Origin: Yuukianura sp. NJ FZ-2021
Taxonomy: Eukaryota
Direction: 5' to 3'
DNA: 64,000 bases
Assembly (NCBI GenBank): GCA_046563655.1
Contig: CM102287.1
Span: 8,308,001-8,372,000 of the forward strand
Under the pieces are notes generated by a model. The model ran no database searches. It was not told where the DNA came from and saw nothing but the letters and a program-made list of their open reading frames with translations. Every line of letters starts with the position of its first letter. Position 1 is the first letter of the stretch. This document shows positions 38,601 to 51,219 of this stretch, piece after piece. The position numbers were made by a program, and so were the translations under genes.

Positions 38601-41600
38601 AAGGCTCACTGTCCCACCGCAACCTTCGGGTAGTAAAACTTTTTTAGTTTTAAACTTTCAAACTTTTATAATTTTGACCACTCAAGACAAATGGTCCTCT
38701 CCAAATACAGCAAGAATGAGAAAAAATTGAAAAAAAAAGGTTTACCAGTCATGTTAGTCGAAGTTAAGGTTTGTGAAGCTGTGGCATTTCGTGATACTTC
38801 CATGGACACTTCTTCCCATCGCAATTGAAAAATGGAACTTACACGTTGCGCATTACGAAACAGCACAATTTGAACAACGTTTCCAGTTGAAACAACTACG
38901 CCAGGCAAGTTCATGTCGCATGAATACAAAACTTGTAGAGCATTTTCGTCATAGCCATCAAAAATCTGCAAAACAAAAAAGAGAGAATTTTGTGGTCACT
39001 CCTGTTTTTAGCATTATTACATCAATTTCAATTGCTTAAAAAAAATTAGCCAACCTTCAAATAATTTTCGCAATTTTCTGTGGTGGAATCAAACTCAAAG
39101 TCAAACGCTGAAAATCGTATTCTGATGGCCTGTGAATTGTTGACCAAAATTCTCCAAGTGTAAGTTCCTACACCATGAAATGGCAATGGATACAGCGGAG
39201 ACTCGATCGTTCCTACTGAACCGTTGAGTTCATTTCCATGCACTAAAAATAGTTTTTCAATGAATACATGTAAAGATTGCTTGAGCAAGATCATGAATTC
39301 CTGCGTTACCCAAAGTATAATCCGCTAGAAATCCAGGAGCTTGGCCATTAGCATCACTTCTGAAAAACACCCAAAGCACCTCCGCTGCAGTAATGTTTGA
39401 GGGAATGTCAGTTCCGCAATAATGTCCAAGCAATGGCCCGCTAGGTCCTGTCTCATGAATCTCCACTGAATCCGTGTTGCAGAAATCTGACGCTTCAATG
39501 TCCATACGTCGAAATGAAAGGGCCACACGATTTCCTAGAATTCAAAAAACAAACAAATGAATTTCAAATGACAAATTGGCGACATTTCTCATTTTCTAAG
39601 ACGTCACCTCGGGAAGCTCTTATGGTCCAAACACATTCCTTCGAAGGTGGATACCCATTTGGAAAGTTTGGTGAAATGAAGCTTCCTTCTGCACTTGTCA
39701 AATCACCTCCACAAGCTAAAAGTGAAAGTTAGAAAAAGATTTTTAAGATTTTGTCAAACAAATACTTACAACCATGGTCAAACTATTAAAATGTAACTTA
39801 TTTTTTGATTACCTCCAGACGAAATGTCATAATTCGCTCTGAATCCAAATCCCCAAGACTCCGTTGTAATGACTCGAACAATTAGGCTTTTCCCTTGACT
39901 CGTAATGGCTGGAGGAACACGGCTAAAACAGAATTTTCCTAAGGAAGGTGCGTCCAAGTCCTCCCCATCTATAACTTCAACGAAGTCTTTATCACAGTTT
40001 TCAGTCTGCCCTGCTTGAAGATCCAAGTGCGTAAAGGTCAAGGTCACACGGTCCTGCGCACTCTGTCCACTGAGGTACCATGTACAATTGAGTCTGTAAA
40101 TTAAATGCGGGAATCCAGGAGAGTTGATTGTGCCTCTAGTCCGGCCAGTGAGCCTGGCTCCGCAACCAGTGGTATAGTTGGCTTTGAATCCCTTGTTGCT
40201 GCTGCTTCCATCTGTCTTCAGTCTCACAAAGATCGTATTTCCAGTGGACCTAACCCTCGCTGGTTCTGGCAATTGGTCTCCACAGTGCATGAGCAACAGC
40301 GGTGCCGCCGTAGTGTATCCATCGTAAACCTAAATTAAAAATAATTCTACTAGGAATATGAATGAAAAAAGCCAAATAACACAATATATGTTTGCTAAAT
40401 ACGGCGACGTGGTCGTAAGAGCAGTTGATGTGTCGCTCAACGTTGAAATCCGAAAATTCCAGTTCCACTACATGTGTGCTATCCACGGTGATTCTCCTGT
40501 AGAAAAATTTACACGTGTAAAGATCGTTTTGTTAAAATTAGTTAATTTCGTTTTAGAAAGATAGACAAAAAAAAGTTGCGCTTCTGGATCCGAAATTTTT
40601 TCGACGCAGTTTAAAAATTTCAAAAAAAAAATATTTTTTTTTTGGCTAAAAGTTAAATTTGTAAAAATTACGTTGGGTTTGACTGGGTTGGGTTAAAAAC
40701 TGAAACAATTATGAACTTACCAGCCACAGTCTGCATTGTGATCGTAGAATTGTGGGTAGTGGGGTGATGTAATAATTCCTTCTGGAGCTACAAAAAGAAT
40801 TAAAAATTATGGAAAATAAAATAAAAAGATATCAAAATAAAAAATATCAGCACGACCAGTTGAACCTTATTTTTTTTTACCACTTACCAGAAAAGAATCC
40901 ACCACATCCTGCTGGCAATTGGGTAATGTAGCCGTAGAACCCCTTGGCGCTAACCGACGAATCAGCAACAAATCTCACAAACATTCTGTTTCCGTGTGCC
41001 GTAACAGTCGCGGGACGTGGAATATTCTGACACAGTTGTGTTAGTTGACCTGAAGTGTCGTCTGGCCCACCATAAACCTAAATCATTAAATTACCAGGGT
41101 AATGGAACCATTACATTTCGACATTTAACATCGTTGTGGTCACTTACGGTAACAGAGTCAAAAACGCACTGATCCGCTCTCTCCATTTCCAAGTCAGTGA
41201 TTGTTAGGGACACTCTTGTTCCTAGTTGCGTTTCAATATACCACTCACATGTCTGGAATGAAATTCAAAAAATTATTAAATGCCGAACTGAGCTTCGCTC
41301 AAATCAATGGTAAACGTTTTTTTTTTTTGGAGTGCTTTTAGAAACTCACAACTGAGACAGGATAAGGTCTCGGATAGTTTGGACTCTTGAGGACACCCCA
41401 ACTTCCAACAATTTTGCCACCACAACCGTTTACAATCCACTCCAGTCTGAATCCATTTCGGGCTAATGAAGCATCGGATGCAAAATGGACCATCGCTATG
41501 TTTTTCGTCGTGGAAATCATTCCAGGAATTTCATTTCCACAAAATTTTCCCAATGAGGTTGGAACAGGGGGCGTTGGGTTCTGAGAAAAGAAAGGAACCT

Positions 41601-44600
41601 CGGCTTCCAGCACCTAATTTAAAAAGAAATCACGCACTATTTATGTGATTATCTCAACAGAAATTAGATCTCATACACAGCTACTTTTTGTACCTCAACA
41701 AAGTCATATCGACAATTCTCAGTAGCAACGTGGGGATCTTCTACTGAAAAGTGGGAAAACGATATGTTGACTTTGTTCCCTCGTGGAGCAATGACATCCC
41801 AACTGCAGTTTCGATTGTGAGGATAAGGATCCGGGAAATTCGGACTCTCAATTACTCCAGAGTGTTGCCCCTTGATTTGCCGCTTACAAACTGGAAACAG
41901 GAAAGTCAATTTATTCAAACACGCTTAAGTTCAAGAAAAATCCGGCAATCTAGGACTAGAACAGTACGCATTTTTTTTACTTAGTATACTTTACTTGTTT
42001 GATACGTAGCATGGAATCCTCGCCCAGTTCCTCCCATAGTCACAAATTTAACTCGAATGGTGCTCGAAGTAGTGTTGATTGCTAAAGTGGATTCCGAATT
42101 ACAGTATTTGCCTATCCCAAGCAGTGGACTGTTGGCCCTGGGTCCATCACGTAGCTAAAAATTGTTAACACTTATAAAATTGAATTCAATTTTCTTTTAG
42201 AACTTCACTTTCAAGATAAATATTAGTACCTCAACGAATTCTCTCCAGCATCTGGGACTAATATCCAAGTCAACAAAAGTGAATTGAATCGCACTTCCTT
42301 GGTTCACCACAATGTTCCAAATACATTCCAGTCGAGTACCTGCACTGGATGGATAATTTGGAGAAACCTGCAGAAATATTCACCAATCTTTGAAAGAAAA
42401 TTCACAAAAATTTTGTGACAAAATTGCAAACATGTCGGGTGAAATGAAACAGAAAATGTCAAAACGCTGCTTACCAGTGACCCAGAAGGTGACCTCAACG
42501 TCGATCCACATCCAGTACTTGTTCCGTCCCAGAATATTTGAAACCCACGCCCTGCTGTTGACGAATCGGTAACAAATTTTAGGTAAATCGTGTTGCTTGA
42601 GGACGGAATCATTCGGGGTGGCAGATTTGTTCCACAGAATCTGCCAATGAGCGGGGACGTCACGAACTCTCCATTTCGAATTTCCAGATAGTCGTAAACA
42701 CAGCCGTTTGTAGTTCCATTTTCAACGTCGAAGTCACTGATGTTGAGTTTAATTTGTTGACCAATAGGAACCTTGATTATCCAGGCGCAATTCTTGGATC
42801 GAGGGTAAGGGTCAGGATATCCCGGGCTTTGGAGCATACCGGTCTGCGTAAAATAGTTTGCTCCACAAAGCGTACTGGCGTTGACAAGTACATAATTGGC
42901 CGTGAATCCATCGTGGGCCACACTATGGTCCGATTTGAAGCGTATCGTCATCGTGTAGTCGGAAGAAGTAACTTGCGGCGGAGTCTCTTGTCCACAGTAT
43001 CTAAAATCATAAAAAAACGTTAAGGACACGTTTTCCTATTTCTGAAAGTTCTTCAAGAAAACTTACCTTCCGATAAGACTTCCATTTCCTGCAACAAGCG
43101 TAGAGTTGTCGTAAAGTTCAACGCTATCGAAGCTGCATCTAGGATTTCTCTCCAAGCTGAAGCTGACCCAGTTGAGTCTAATGACTTGTCCCGGAACGCC
43201 TCTTATTATCCAAGAACAATCAACTCCATGTGGATACACTTCTGGATGTCCCGGAGAAGAAATAACGCCATGTTTCTCCCTTAGAATCCCACCACAGCCG
43301 ATGTCCACTGTAGAATAATTTGCAAGAAATCCACGGTTCCGAACTGAGCCATCAGTCTTGAAACGAATCCAAAGATAATTGAAACTAGAAAGCACTCTGT
43401 CCGGTTTAGCTTGGATTGGACCACAGTAGTGACCAATAAGCGTTGAATTTGCAGTATCTCCATCACGAATCTCCACAAAATCCCACATGCAGGTACCCCC
43501 ACTTCCTCCTTCGATGTCAAATTCTGTAAAGTCCAGTTGAATTGCTTTGTTTACAGGTTGTGCAATGATGTAAACGCAATCACGATTGTGAGGATACGGT
43601 AGAGGATAAAACGGTGATCGAAGTATTCCAGTGTCCGTGGAAAACGTTCCGCCGCATAAAGATTCGTATTTAGCCCGCCATCCTCCGGAGGTTACGGAAT
43701 GGTCAGATCGAAATCGAATCAGGAGGAAATTCGCAGTTGATGTAATGACGGGTGGACGATTTCGTTCACAGAAGCGACCGATCAGGGGACTATCAGGTCT
43801 TCCTCCATCTCTGATTTCAACAAAGTCAAATGGACAAGTTGATCCTCCTTCCAATTCAAATTCCGTAAACGAAACGGTGATTTTTTCATCTGGACTTGGT
43901 AGGCGGATGAGGTATTCGCAGTCAAGACCATGGGCGTAAGGTTCTGGATGCTGCGGGCTTGCAAATACGCCTTGTGACTCAGTAAAAACTCCGCCGCAGC
44001 CAGGAACGCCTAGTCGAAACAAAATACTAAACTTTTTTTTTTCATCATAAAAACAGTTATGCATTACCTGGTGCTTCAGCAAAAGTGACGTGAAAGCCAG
44101 TATCGGTTGCAGACTCGTCGGAATGAAACAGTAGTCGCAAATATGGTCCAGAAGAAGTTAGGGGCGGAGGGAGCGTCCGGTTGCAATACATTGCCAAAAC
44201 GGGAGCGTCTTCCCCGTAACCATCTTGAACTAGCAAATAGTCGTACGAACAATTTGCATGAACTTCCAATTGTACCGTGGCGAACACCAACTGAATTCGT
44301 TTTGGATAGGCAACGGTAATTGTCCAAAGACAGTCTCGATTGTGTGGGTAATATACCGGATATCTATTTTCCAAAAACAAAAATCAAAATTTGAATTCAG
44401 AAAACAGTTGGAAAAAGCTTTGCTCTTTGATTTTGCTTTTAGGTAGTTTGATTCTTTACCCAGGAGAGCTAATCGCTCCGTGCGTCTGTCCTTCAATATT
44501 CCCTCCACAAACTGAAATCAAGAAGCATCAAATATAAATGCATTTCAAAAAATTACAGTTTCCGAAAAAAAATTCCGAAAACCTTACCGGGGTCAGTAGA

Positions 44601-47600
44601 GTTCCATGTGAATTCAAATCCTAAGCCAGTTGTAGAATGATCAGAACGAAACCAGAGAAAAATCACTTCATGTGTCGTCAAAATTGTTCCGCCCTTTGGC
44701 AACTCATCACCGCAGAATTTCCCAATCAGTGGAGCTGTTGAGTCGTATCCATCGTTGATCTAATTCAATATTTTTAAACTTGTTAGAACTCAAATTAATA
44801 GTTCTAGTAAGTAGTAAATGATTCTGGAATTCAATTTCATCTTTACTTGCAACCAGTCGAAAGCGCACGGTGCACCTCCCTCAAGATGAAATCTCGTAAA
44901 CGTCAAGTTCAGCACCTTTCCAGCCTGGGTACTTACGGTCCACATACAGTTCTTGTTGTGCCCGTAGGCCTGACTACTATCGTGAGGATATTTAAGTGTC
45001 CCTTCCACATTCCTAATTGAACCTCCGCAGGCTTAACATCCCAAAAAACTTCCAGTTTATAAAACACGCAAAAGTGACAGAATTCGAAGTCAATTTCTCT
45101 TACCTTCTTCCTGAATCTCACATCGAAGCCCAGTAAAGTCATTAGGACAGCGACAAACGAACGTAGATGATGTCGAAGTCGACGTAGATGATGATGAAGA
45201 TGAAGTACAAGTTCCACCATTTTGACAAGGAGCACTCAGGCAGGGATCCGCTCTCAGCGCACATGTTGGTCCTGGAAGGAGAACAAAATTCGAAAATGAA
45301 ACAACAATTTTACAATTTACATTTCAATTTAAAAACGTTGTTACCTGTAAACCCAAGCTGACAATTGCAGACATAAGTGTTCCCATTTACAGCACAGGTT
45401 CCATGTACACAAGGGTTAGTAGAGCACGGATTGCCGGCCGGCCCCACTTCCGTCCCTCCGCTAAAAGGATAGCATCCTTGTGATCCCATTCCCGTACCAG
45501 TGAAACCAGGCGGACAAATGCACTGGACATAACTCTGGCCGATGGCTAGACTCACAAAAATGGTCAATTGGGATTTAAGAAGCTGATTAATCTCAAACTT
45601 TTAAAACTTAGAAACAGCAATACTGTTTTAGACGAACGACATGAATCAATACCTGCGTTCTGCACACACCGAGCTAGTGGGTAGCAGCCTCCATTGTTAA
45701 TCTGACACATTCCGACGTATTGACAAGTAACTCCATCTCCCATAAATCCTGGCGGGCACTCCGAACAAGTCCGAGATCCCTAAAATTGAAAACAAACATA
45801 AATAAAACGTCCCAAGCGTGAAAAAGAATATAGTGGACTTACGATTGTGTTGATACACTGAACGTAAGGATTTGTGGAACAGCCCCCATTGTTCTGCAGA
45901 CACTCGTTGACATCTGAGCACTGGTATCCGTTTCCAGTGTAACCTTGAAAATTAAGCCTCCAATGTTCAGTAACCTAAGTTGCTTTTCATTTTAAACCAT
46001 TGAAGCACAAAACAAACCTGGTGGACACTGAAAACGAAAGGAAAATTAGACAAAAACCGAAGGTATGTTTAAAAGCAGGCGTTAACAAAAATGTAGTAAC
46101 TTATACGTACTTGTCCGCAGTGAAAAGAGCCGGGAGTGTTGACGCATGTGACGGGAGGGTTGACAGAACAAGCAGCGTGCGGAGCATTACACTCGTCAAT
46201 GTCAATGTTGCAAGCCGGATTCGTTCCATCAGTTTTCCATCCCTGAATACAAAAATGACTAAAAGTACTGAGGTTTTTACACAACATTTATGTCAAAAAT
46301 AGGATATAAACGATTACTATAATATCTGTATCGAAAGTTAGTATAGTAACAGATTTTACCTGATCGCATATGCAGAAGTATGGACGCGACCCCGATTGCT
46401 GATTGACACAAACTCCGTGACCGCATAACTCCCAGGGAGCTCCGGACGAGCAATCACCACTTCGCAATGTACAATGAACTCCGGCGTAACCGCTGTTGCA
46501 GTTACATCTAAAATGACAAACGAATATCAATAAACCAATCTAAAACTGCCAATGAATTCGATTTGTGTATATACGTGTAGGATCCGGGCGTGTTTACACA
46601 AGTCGCGCCATTCTGACAGCCTAGTCCCGAACCGAGGAATGCAGCACATTCGTTGACATCAATTTGACATCTGTCGCCCTGTAAAACAATACGATGAAAG
46701 TCTTGTGCTCAATTCCACCGTTAAGAGGTTAGAGTGCTACGGATTACCTCCCATCCCGGTTGACAGTTACAAAAAGGACCAAAGATCGTTGGGATGCAAG
46801 TTCCAGCGTTCTGACACGGGCTACTTCCGCACGGATTCCGTGCTGTTAGGTCCCTGACACGACGTTCCAAACTAACAATCTATCAAAAGTTTAAATATTA
46901 GATTGAAGCCAAAAAATTTTCAAGTCTCTCGGATTGTACGTCTACAAACAATACGGTTTTCCGTAAATATTTACCCTGCGTCTGAGACCTCTAGGGGTAG
47001 CAGTAGTGTCTTGTTGTTGTTGCTCTGTTTGATCTCCCTGTCCGCCTCCAGTCTATGTGAGACATTCAATATTTAATAAAAATGTTTTAACCAGTATAAT
47101 ACCTTTGGAGTTTGGAAAGTTTTGAAGTTCATTGTTACATCTGATGACGAAGCGTTTTGAGCAGCAATTCGTTGTTCTAGTGCAGCAAGTCTTCCATCAA
47201 TTGCATCGAATTGATCTAATTGCCTAACCCTCTATACAAAAAGTGAATGTCACGGAAAGTGTTGATACTTGACACTGACAGTCTTGTTTTCTGTACCTGT
47301 TCTAGCCGTCGTAAACGTCTTGCAACTCCAACATTCGAAATATTAGACGGATTTCCAAAAATCCGACGGATCAACCTCTGCTCCTTTGTTATGTTTTTTA
47401 TCTGAGAATTCAGGTGAATATTTCACCATCAATTATTTACATTTTCTGGACAACAATGGGGAAAGCTGGATGGCCTTGGATATAAAAAAAATACTCCAGG
47501 ATTTTCTAAATAATGCCTAAAGTCTTACCCCACCAGTTATAGCATCCAATTCGACAGCGTTGAAGACGATTTTCCCCGTCCCGTTAGCTACCAGCACAAG

Positions 47601-47732
47601 ATTTCTGTGCTCTGCCGGCACAAGGTACAGATGACCGTCGTCAATATATATCTGCGGCCTAAAATCACATGAGCCAACAATTAAAATCCCAATCAAAAAG
47701 TACTTTATTAGTACTACATAACATATAAGCAA
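23647..47732 (-). CDS. CUBN: Cubilin: N-terminal beta/coiled-coil region, 8 EGF-like domains, 27 CUB domains; first (signal-peptide) exon unresolved
   Basis: The N-terminal segment [21 protein letters not shown] (about 47527-47658) and heptad-like exons (about 46975-47400) are followed by 8 EGF repeats (about 45110-46850). I counted 27 CUB units by their CGG...SP.YP...C.W starts, from about 45026 to about 24962. The last exon, 23647-23781, encodes [44 protein letters not shown]. There is no TM segment, as expected for cubilin. The start codon could lie anywhere from about 47.7 to 48.2 kb. Confidence 0.96.
23833..23912. repeat. Degenerate 30-bp tandem repeat, about 3 copies, in the last cubilin intron
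   Basis: tta(a)ggtgaaaa...c/ttttt occurs three times at about 30-nt spacing. Confidence 0.65.
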
Positions 47733-48207
47733 TGTATCATGGGAGCAATGGCCTTATTCGATCGCAAAATGGCCGGAGCGTTTCGCTTTACGACGCTGAC
47801 ATTCCACTACTATCCCATTTATGTACTAACGTAACGTAATGAGGAGCTGAATCTGAATCAGTAGGTCTTGCTTATAACTAAATTACCGTTTTTGGGTTGC
47901 ATTTTCATTGTTCCATTTCGATTAGCTCACCCATCAATCACTAAACTAGTCTAAAGGCAACTACTGGAAGCTGGATTTCACACTTATGTCGTATATATGC
48001 TGTAACTGTTGCGTTGTGCTGAGTGTTCACTCGTTGAGAATTGACTGTCACCTTCATACTTGTCCAGTGTCCACAAACTATAACGAACAAAGACGACAGC
48101 CACGTGTGAGACAAAGCCACTCGAAGAACAAGGAAAGGAACAAAGGAACACACAAACATAAAAGGAGGGGAAAAAACGAAAGACTGTCGTTTTTAGCGTT
48201 CTTTTAA

Positions 48208-48302
48208 TTCAAAAGTGGCGGGAATTCGGTTCCATGAAAATTCCGACTAACTTCGATTTGAGACGTTTTCAAAAAGTTGAAACAATAGGAAACGGCGGGA
48301 AA
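48208..48302. promoter_or_regulatory. Candidate E2F + CHR-like elements in the cubilin / SIAH-like divergent promoter
   Basis: On the minus strand, TTCCCGC-CACT-TTTGAA (48208-48224) is an E2F-like site, a 4-nt spacer and the CHR hexamer. A second site, TTTCCCGCC, lies at 48294-48302. Motif match only. Confidence 0.4.
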
Positions 48303-48710
48303 ATTTTGTAAACATTGAAAATTTGAATTCAGAACACAGCAGAAAAAAAAGACAACAAACATATGAAGAGAGAGAAAGGGGCGAATTTTGCTTGTTTGTT
48401 TGTGACTTTGAGATTCACTAATTCACTCTTCAGTTTTTTTTTAGTTTCTTTTCCGTATTTCGTTTTTCAACGACTCTTTTTGACATTACTCTATCGACGC
48501 TGACTGGAGAGCTACCGAAGAAAAAAGCTGCCATCACGGACTTGGATGGAACGGCTATGAAAGGGGTAGGTGAAATTGACCGTTAAACTCCAATATGTAG
48601 GATGTTCAAACGTAGTCACTGCTAATTGGCTAAATTTTTCGTTTACTGTAGATGATATATGAGCTTGACCGTTATCCGGATCCTTAAGCTTAAGCACCCG
48701 CCTCTACAAA

Positions 48711-49953
48711 ATGATCAAGCGTCAGCATCTTGTCCAAGACTTGGCTCAAAATTTGGAATGTCCAGTCTGCTTTGAAATACCACAACAACGACCAATATTC
48801 ACCTGTGAAATAGGTCATCTCGTCTGTGCACGATGTCATGGAATGCTCAACTCTTGTCCTATATGTAGAGGGGCATTTCGGGGGACTCGGAGCTTTATCG
48901 CAGAATCCCTCGTGACAACAATTAACAAGTTAGTCTGCGGCAGCCCTATTGCGTTAGGCCCCTTGCCAAATGGAAGGACCTCATCGTCGCCCAGGTGAGT
49001 CCACTGAACAGTAGCACAACAAGTACTTCTTTCATATATGGATGGCCTTATTATGATTTCTTTTTGTAGTAATCTAGTCCGCTGTTGCTTGGCCGTGAAC
49101 GGATGTCGGAATAGAATGATCGATGCTTCCAATTACATTGATCATTTGAAAACTACGCATGGTGTTTTTGTAGCTCGCAGCGCAACTGGGAAATTCGTAC
49201 ACAAAGTACTCGTTTCTCCAATGGGAAGAACTTTGGTAAAACGTAAGCGCTTGTCTCTCATTTTAACTGTCCTACCTGTCAAAAAATCATCAGTCCTTAT
49301 TTGTTCATAACAGGCGGGATTGAACGACTCTTCGTTTTGGAAATATCTGGAAAGAGCTTCGTTATCAACATGTTTCAAGACGGAAACGAAATTAGGATTT
49401 GGGCTCAGACGGAGCTAACAACGGATGGTTCCCTAACTAAAGTTCGCTTTATGATTTGTACCACTACTAAAAACGTGAGTTTCGGAATCCGCTTAAGGTC
49501 TATGTCCGAACTACACAAGTTACACTAATCTCATTGGTTATTTATATGTTCCAGGAAAAGATCTCTTGGACTGGGGCCATCAATGGACACCAAGTAACAG
49601 AAAAAAGTGTTCGTATCGCTGAGACGTGCATGATTGTGCCATTTTGGACATTGAAGGATTGTCTGCACATAGACGATGATGAATCTGGAGGTCGTTACTG
49701 GAACCTCGATGTCCATATCTACAGTTCAACTGCTGAACGTCTGAGAGCTCATCCTGTTTGTCGTAAAATTGAAAGGGGCGTGGCTGCTGTCAATGCGAAG
49801 ATTACCAGGATGCGACAATCCTTGAAAGGAATCACGCATCTCTTCCAAGATTTCGATACAGTTCAGGGTCCAACACTTCATCGCATCATTTCAGACGGTT
49901 TGATTCTGTTTGCATTTGCCGTCCTTCTCGTATTCACTATGGTCGTCCTCTGA
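48711..49953 (+). CDS. SIAH/Sina-like RING E3 ubiquitin ligase with C-terminal hydrophobic segment, 4 exons, about 338 aa
   Basis: Exons 48711-48994, 49070-49242, 49314-49474 and 49555-49953 splice in frame (1017 nt). The protein has a SIAH-type RING (LECPVCFEIPQQRPIFTCEIGHLVCARCHGMLNSCPICR...RSFIAESL), one zinc finger (CCLAVNGC...HLKTTH), a beta-rich region resembling a diverged SIAH substrate-binding domain, and ends GLILFAFAVLLVFTMVVL*. Confidence 0.8.
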
Positions 49954-51219
49954 GAACATTGTCTGAAATTCTCTACTTTTGCTCAGCGTTTATTCAACTA
50001 ACTACCGTAAGCAACTCAAATTGTCAATTTTCCTTTTCGCGTTCATTAATTTAACCGCTGCTCTTACTTTTAATGTGATGTTTAAATTAGTTCACTTTCA
50101 AACATTCTTCAACGTTCCTCTCATTTGTCATTCCGAATTCGGAAAATCTCAAAAAAAAGTCACTGTCAACAATATTTTAACCTTAAGGTTAGGTTCCTCT
50201 ACTTCTATTTTTGTACAAAATTTGTTAGTTAAGTTTAATTTTTTAAGGAACGTGGAAATGAAATAAGTAACTTTTGCGTAATTTACCATCCAAAACCTAA
50301 GTGACTCTTAAAAACTCTTTTACGAAGTTTTTTTTAATTTTGAAAATTTGGGACAAATACTTTGACAAAAGTGTGTAACTAACGAGATGTAAGTCGGGTC
50401 TTTTAAAATGGAACTATTTTTTAATGAAAACGTAATCGAGTTCTTACTGTGACAATCGGAAGTTCATTCCATGTCCAGAATCTGTACAACTCAAAATCAA
50501 CGACACAACAATTACAATTAAACTACAAGTCTTCATTTTGCTGAAGTTAAGTTTTAACTGCACTTTTTACACCATTTACTAAATTTTAACTTTAACTTTT
50601 ACTGGAATGATTTTGTTATGGAGTTGAACGCTTCCCAACAGCGTCCTTGATTCATACTAAATTCAAAATCACTCGAAATCCAGATTTAGATTTCCAAAAA
50701 ATGTTTTTGGAAAAACGCCTCTTGACAGACACCGGGTTAGATCAAATTTCAGTATTTAACTGAATTCAATCGTATCAATTTACCTTACCATTGACGCAGA
50801 AACAAAACATGTGCTAACTTTAGCATCTACTTTTCAAAAAAAGCTCCCATTGATCTAGAATTACTTTTGTTTACCGTATTTCGGAAAATTTTCAATCTAG
50901 CAAATTTTCAAATGCCAACACTCACAAGAGGCGTTTTATTAACTTCATTACTTAGAAAGAACATGTATAAAATTAATTCTGTAAGCTTATTACACAAAAT
51001 AGCTCATAAGAAACAACACTTTCACTTTAACATTTTTTGATTTTTAGAAAAACGAAGGAAATGGAGCATAGATTTACAACATTGGAATCACAATAGGCTC
51101 CTCAAAAAAAATACATAAAAACTGTTTTTTAGCAAGTCCCGAGTTAAGAAATATGAAATGCCTCAAAATTTTGAAATTCACTAGAATTCAAGAACGTACT
51201 GAAATTTACTGGTAACATC

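Noticed and set aside
34000..46300. Plus-strand ORFs antisense to cubilin exons
   Set aside because: Shadow ORFs of the GC-richer coding exons, with no independent splice structure.
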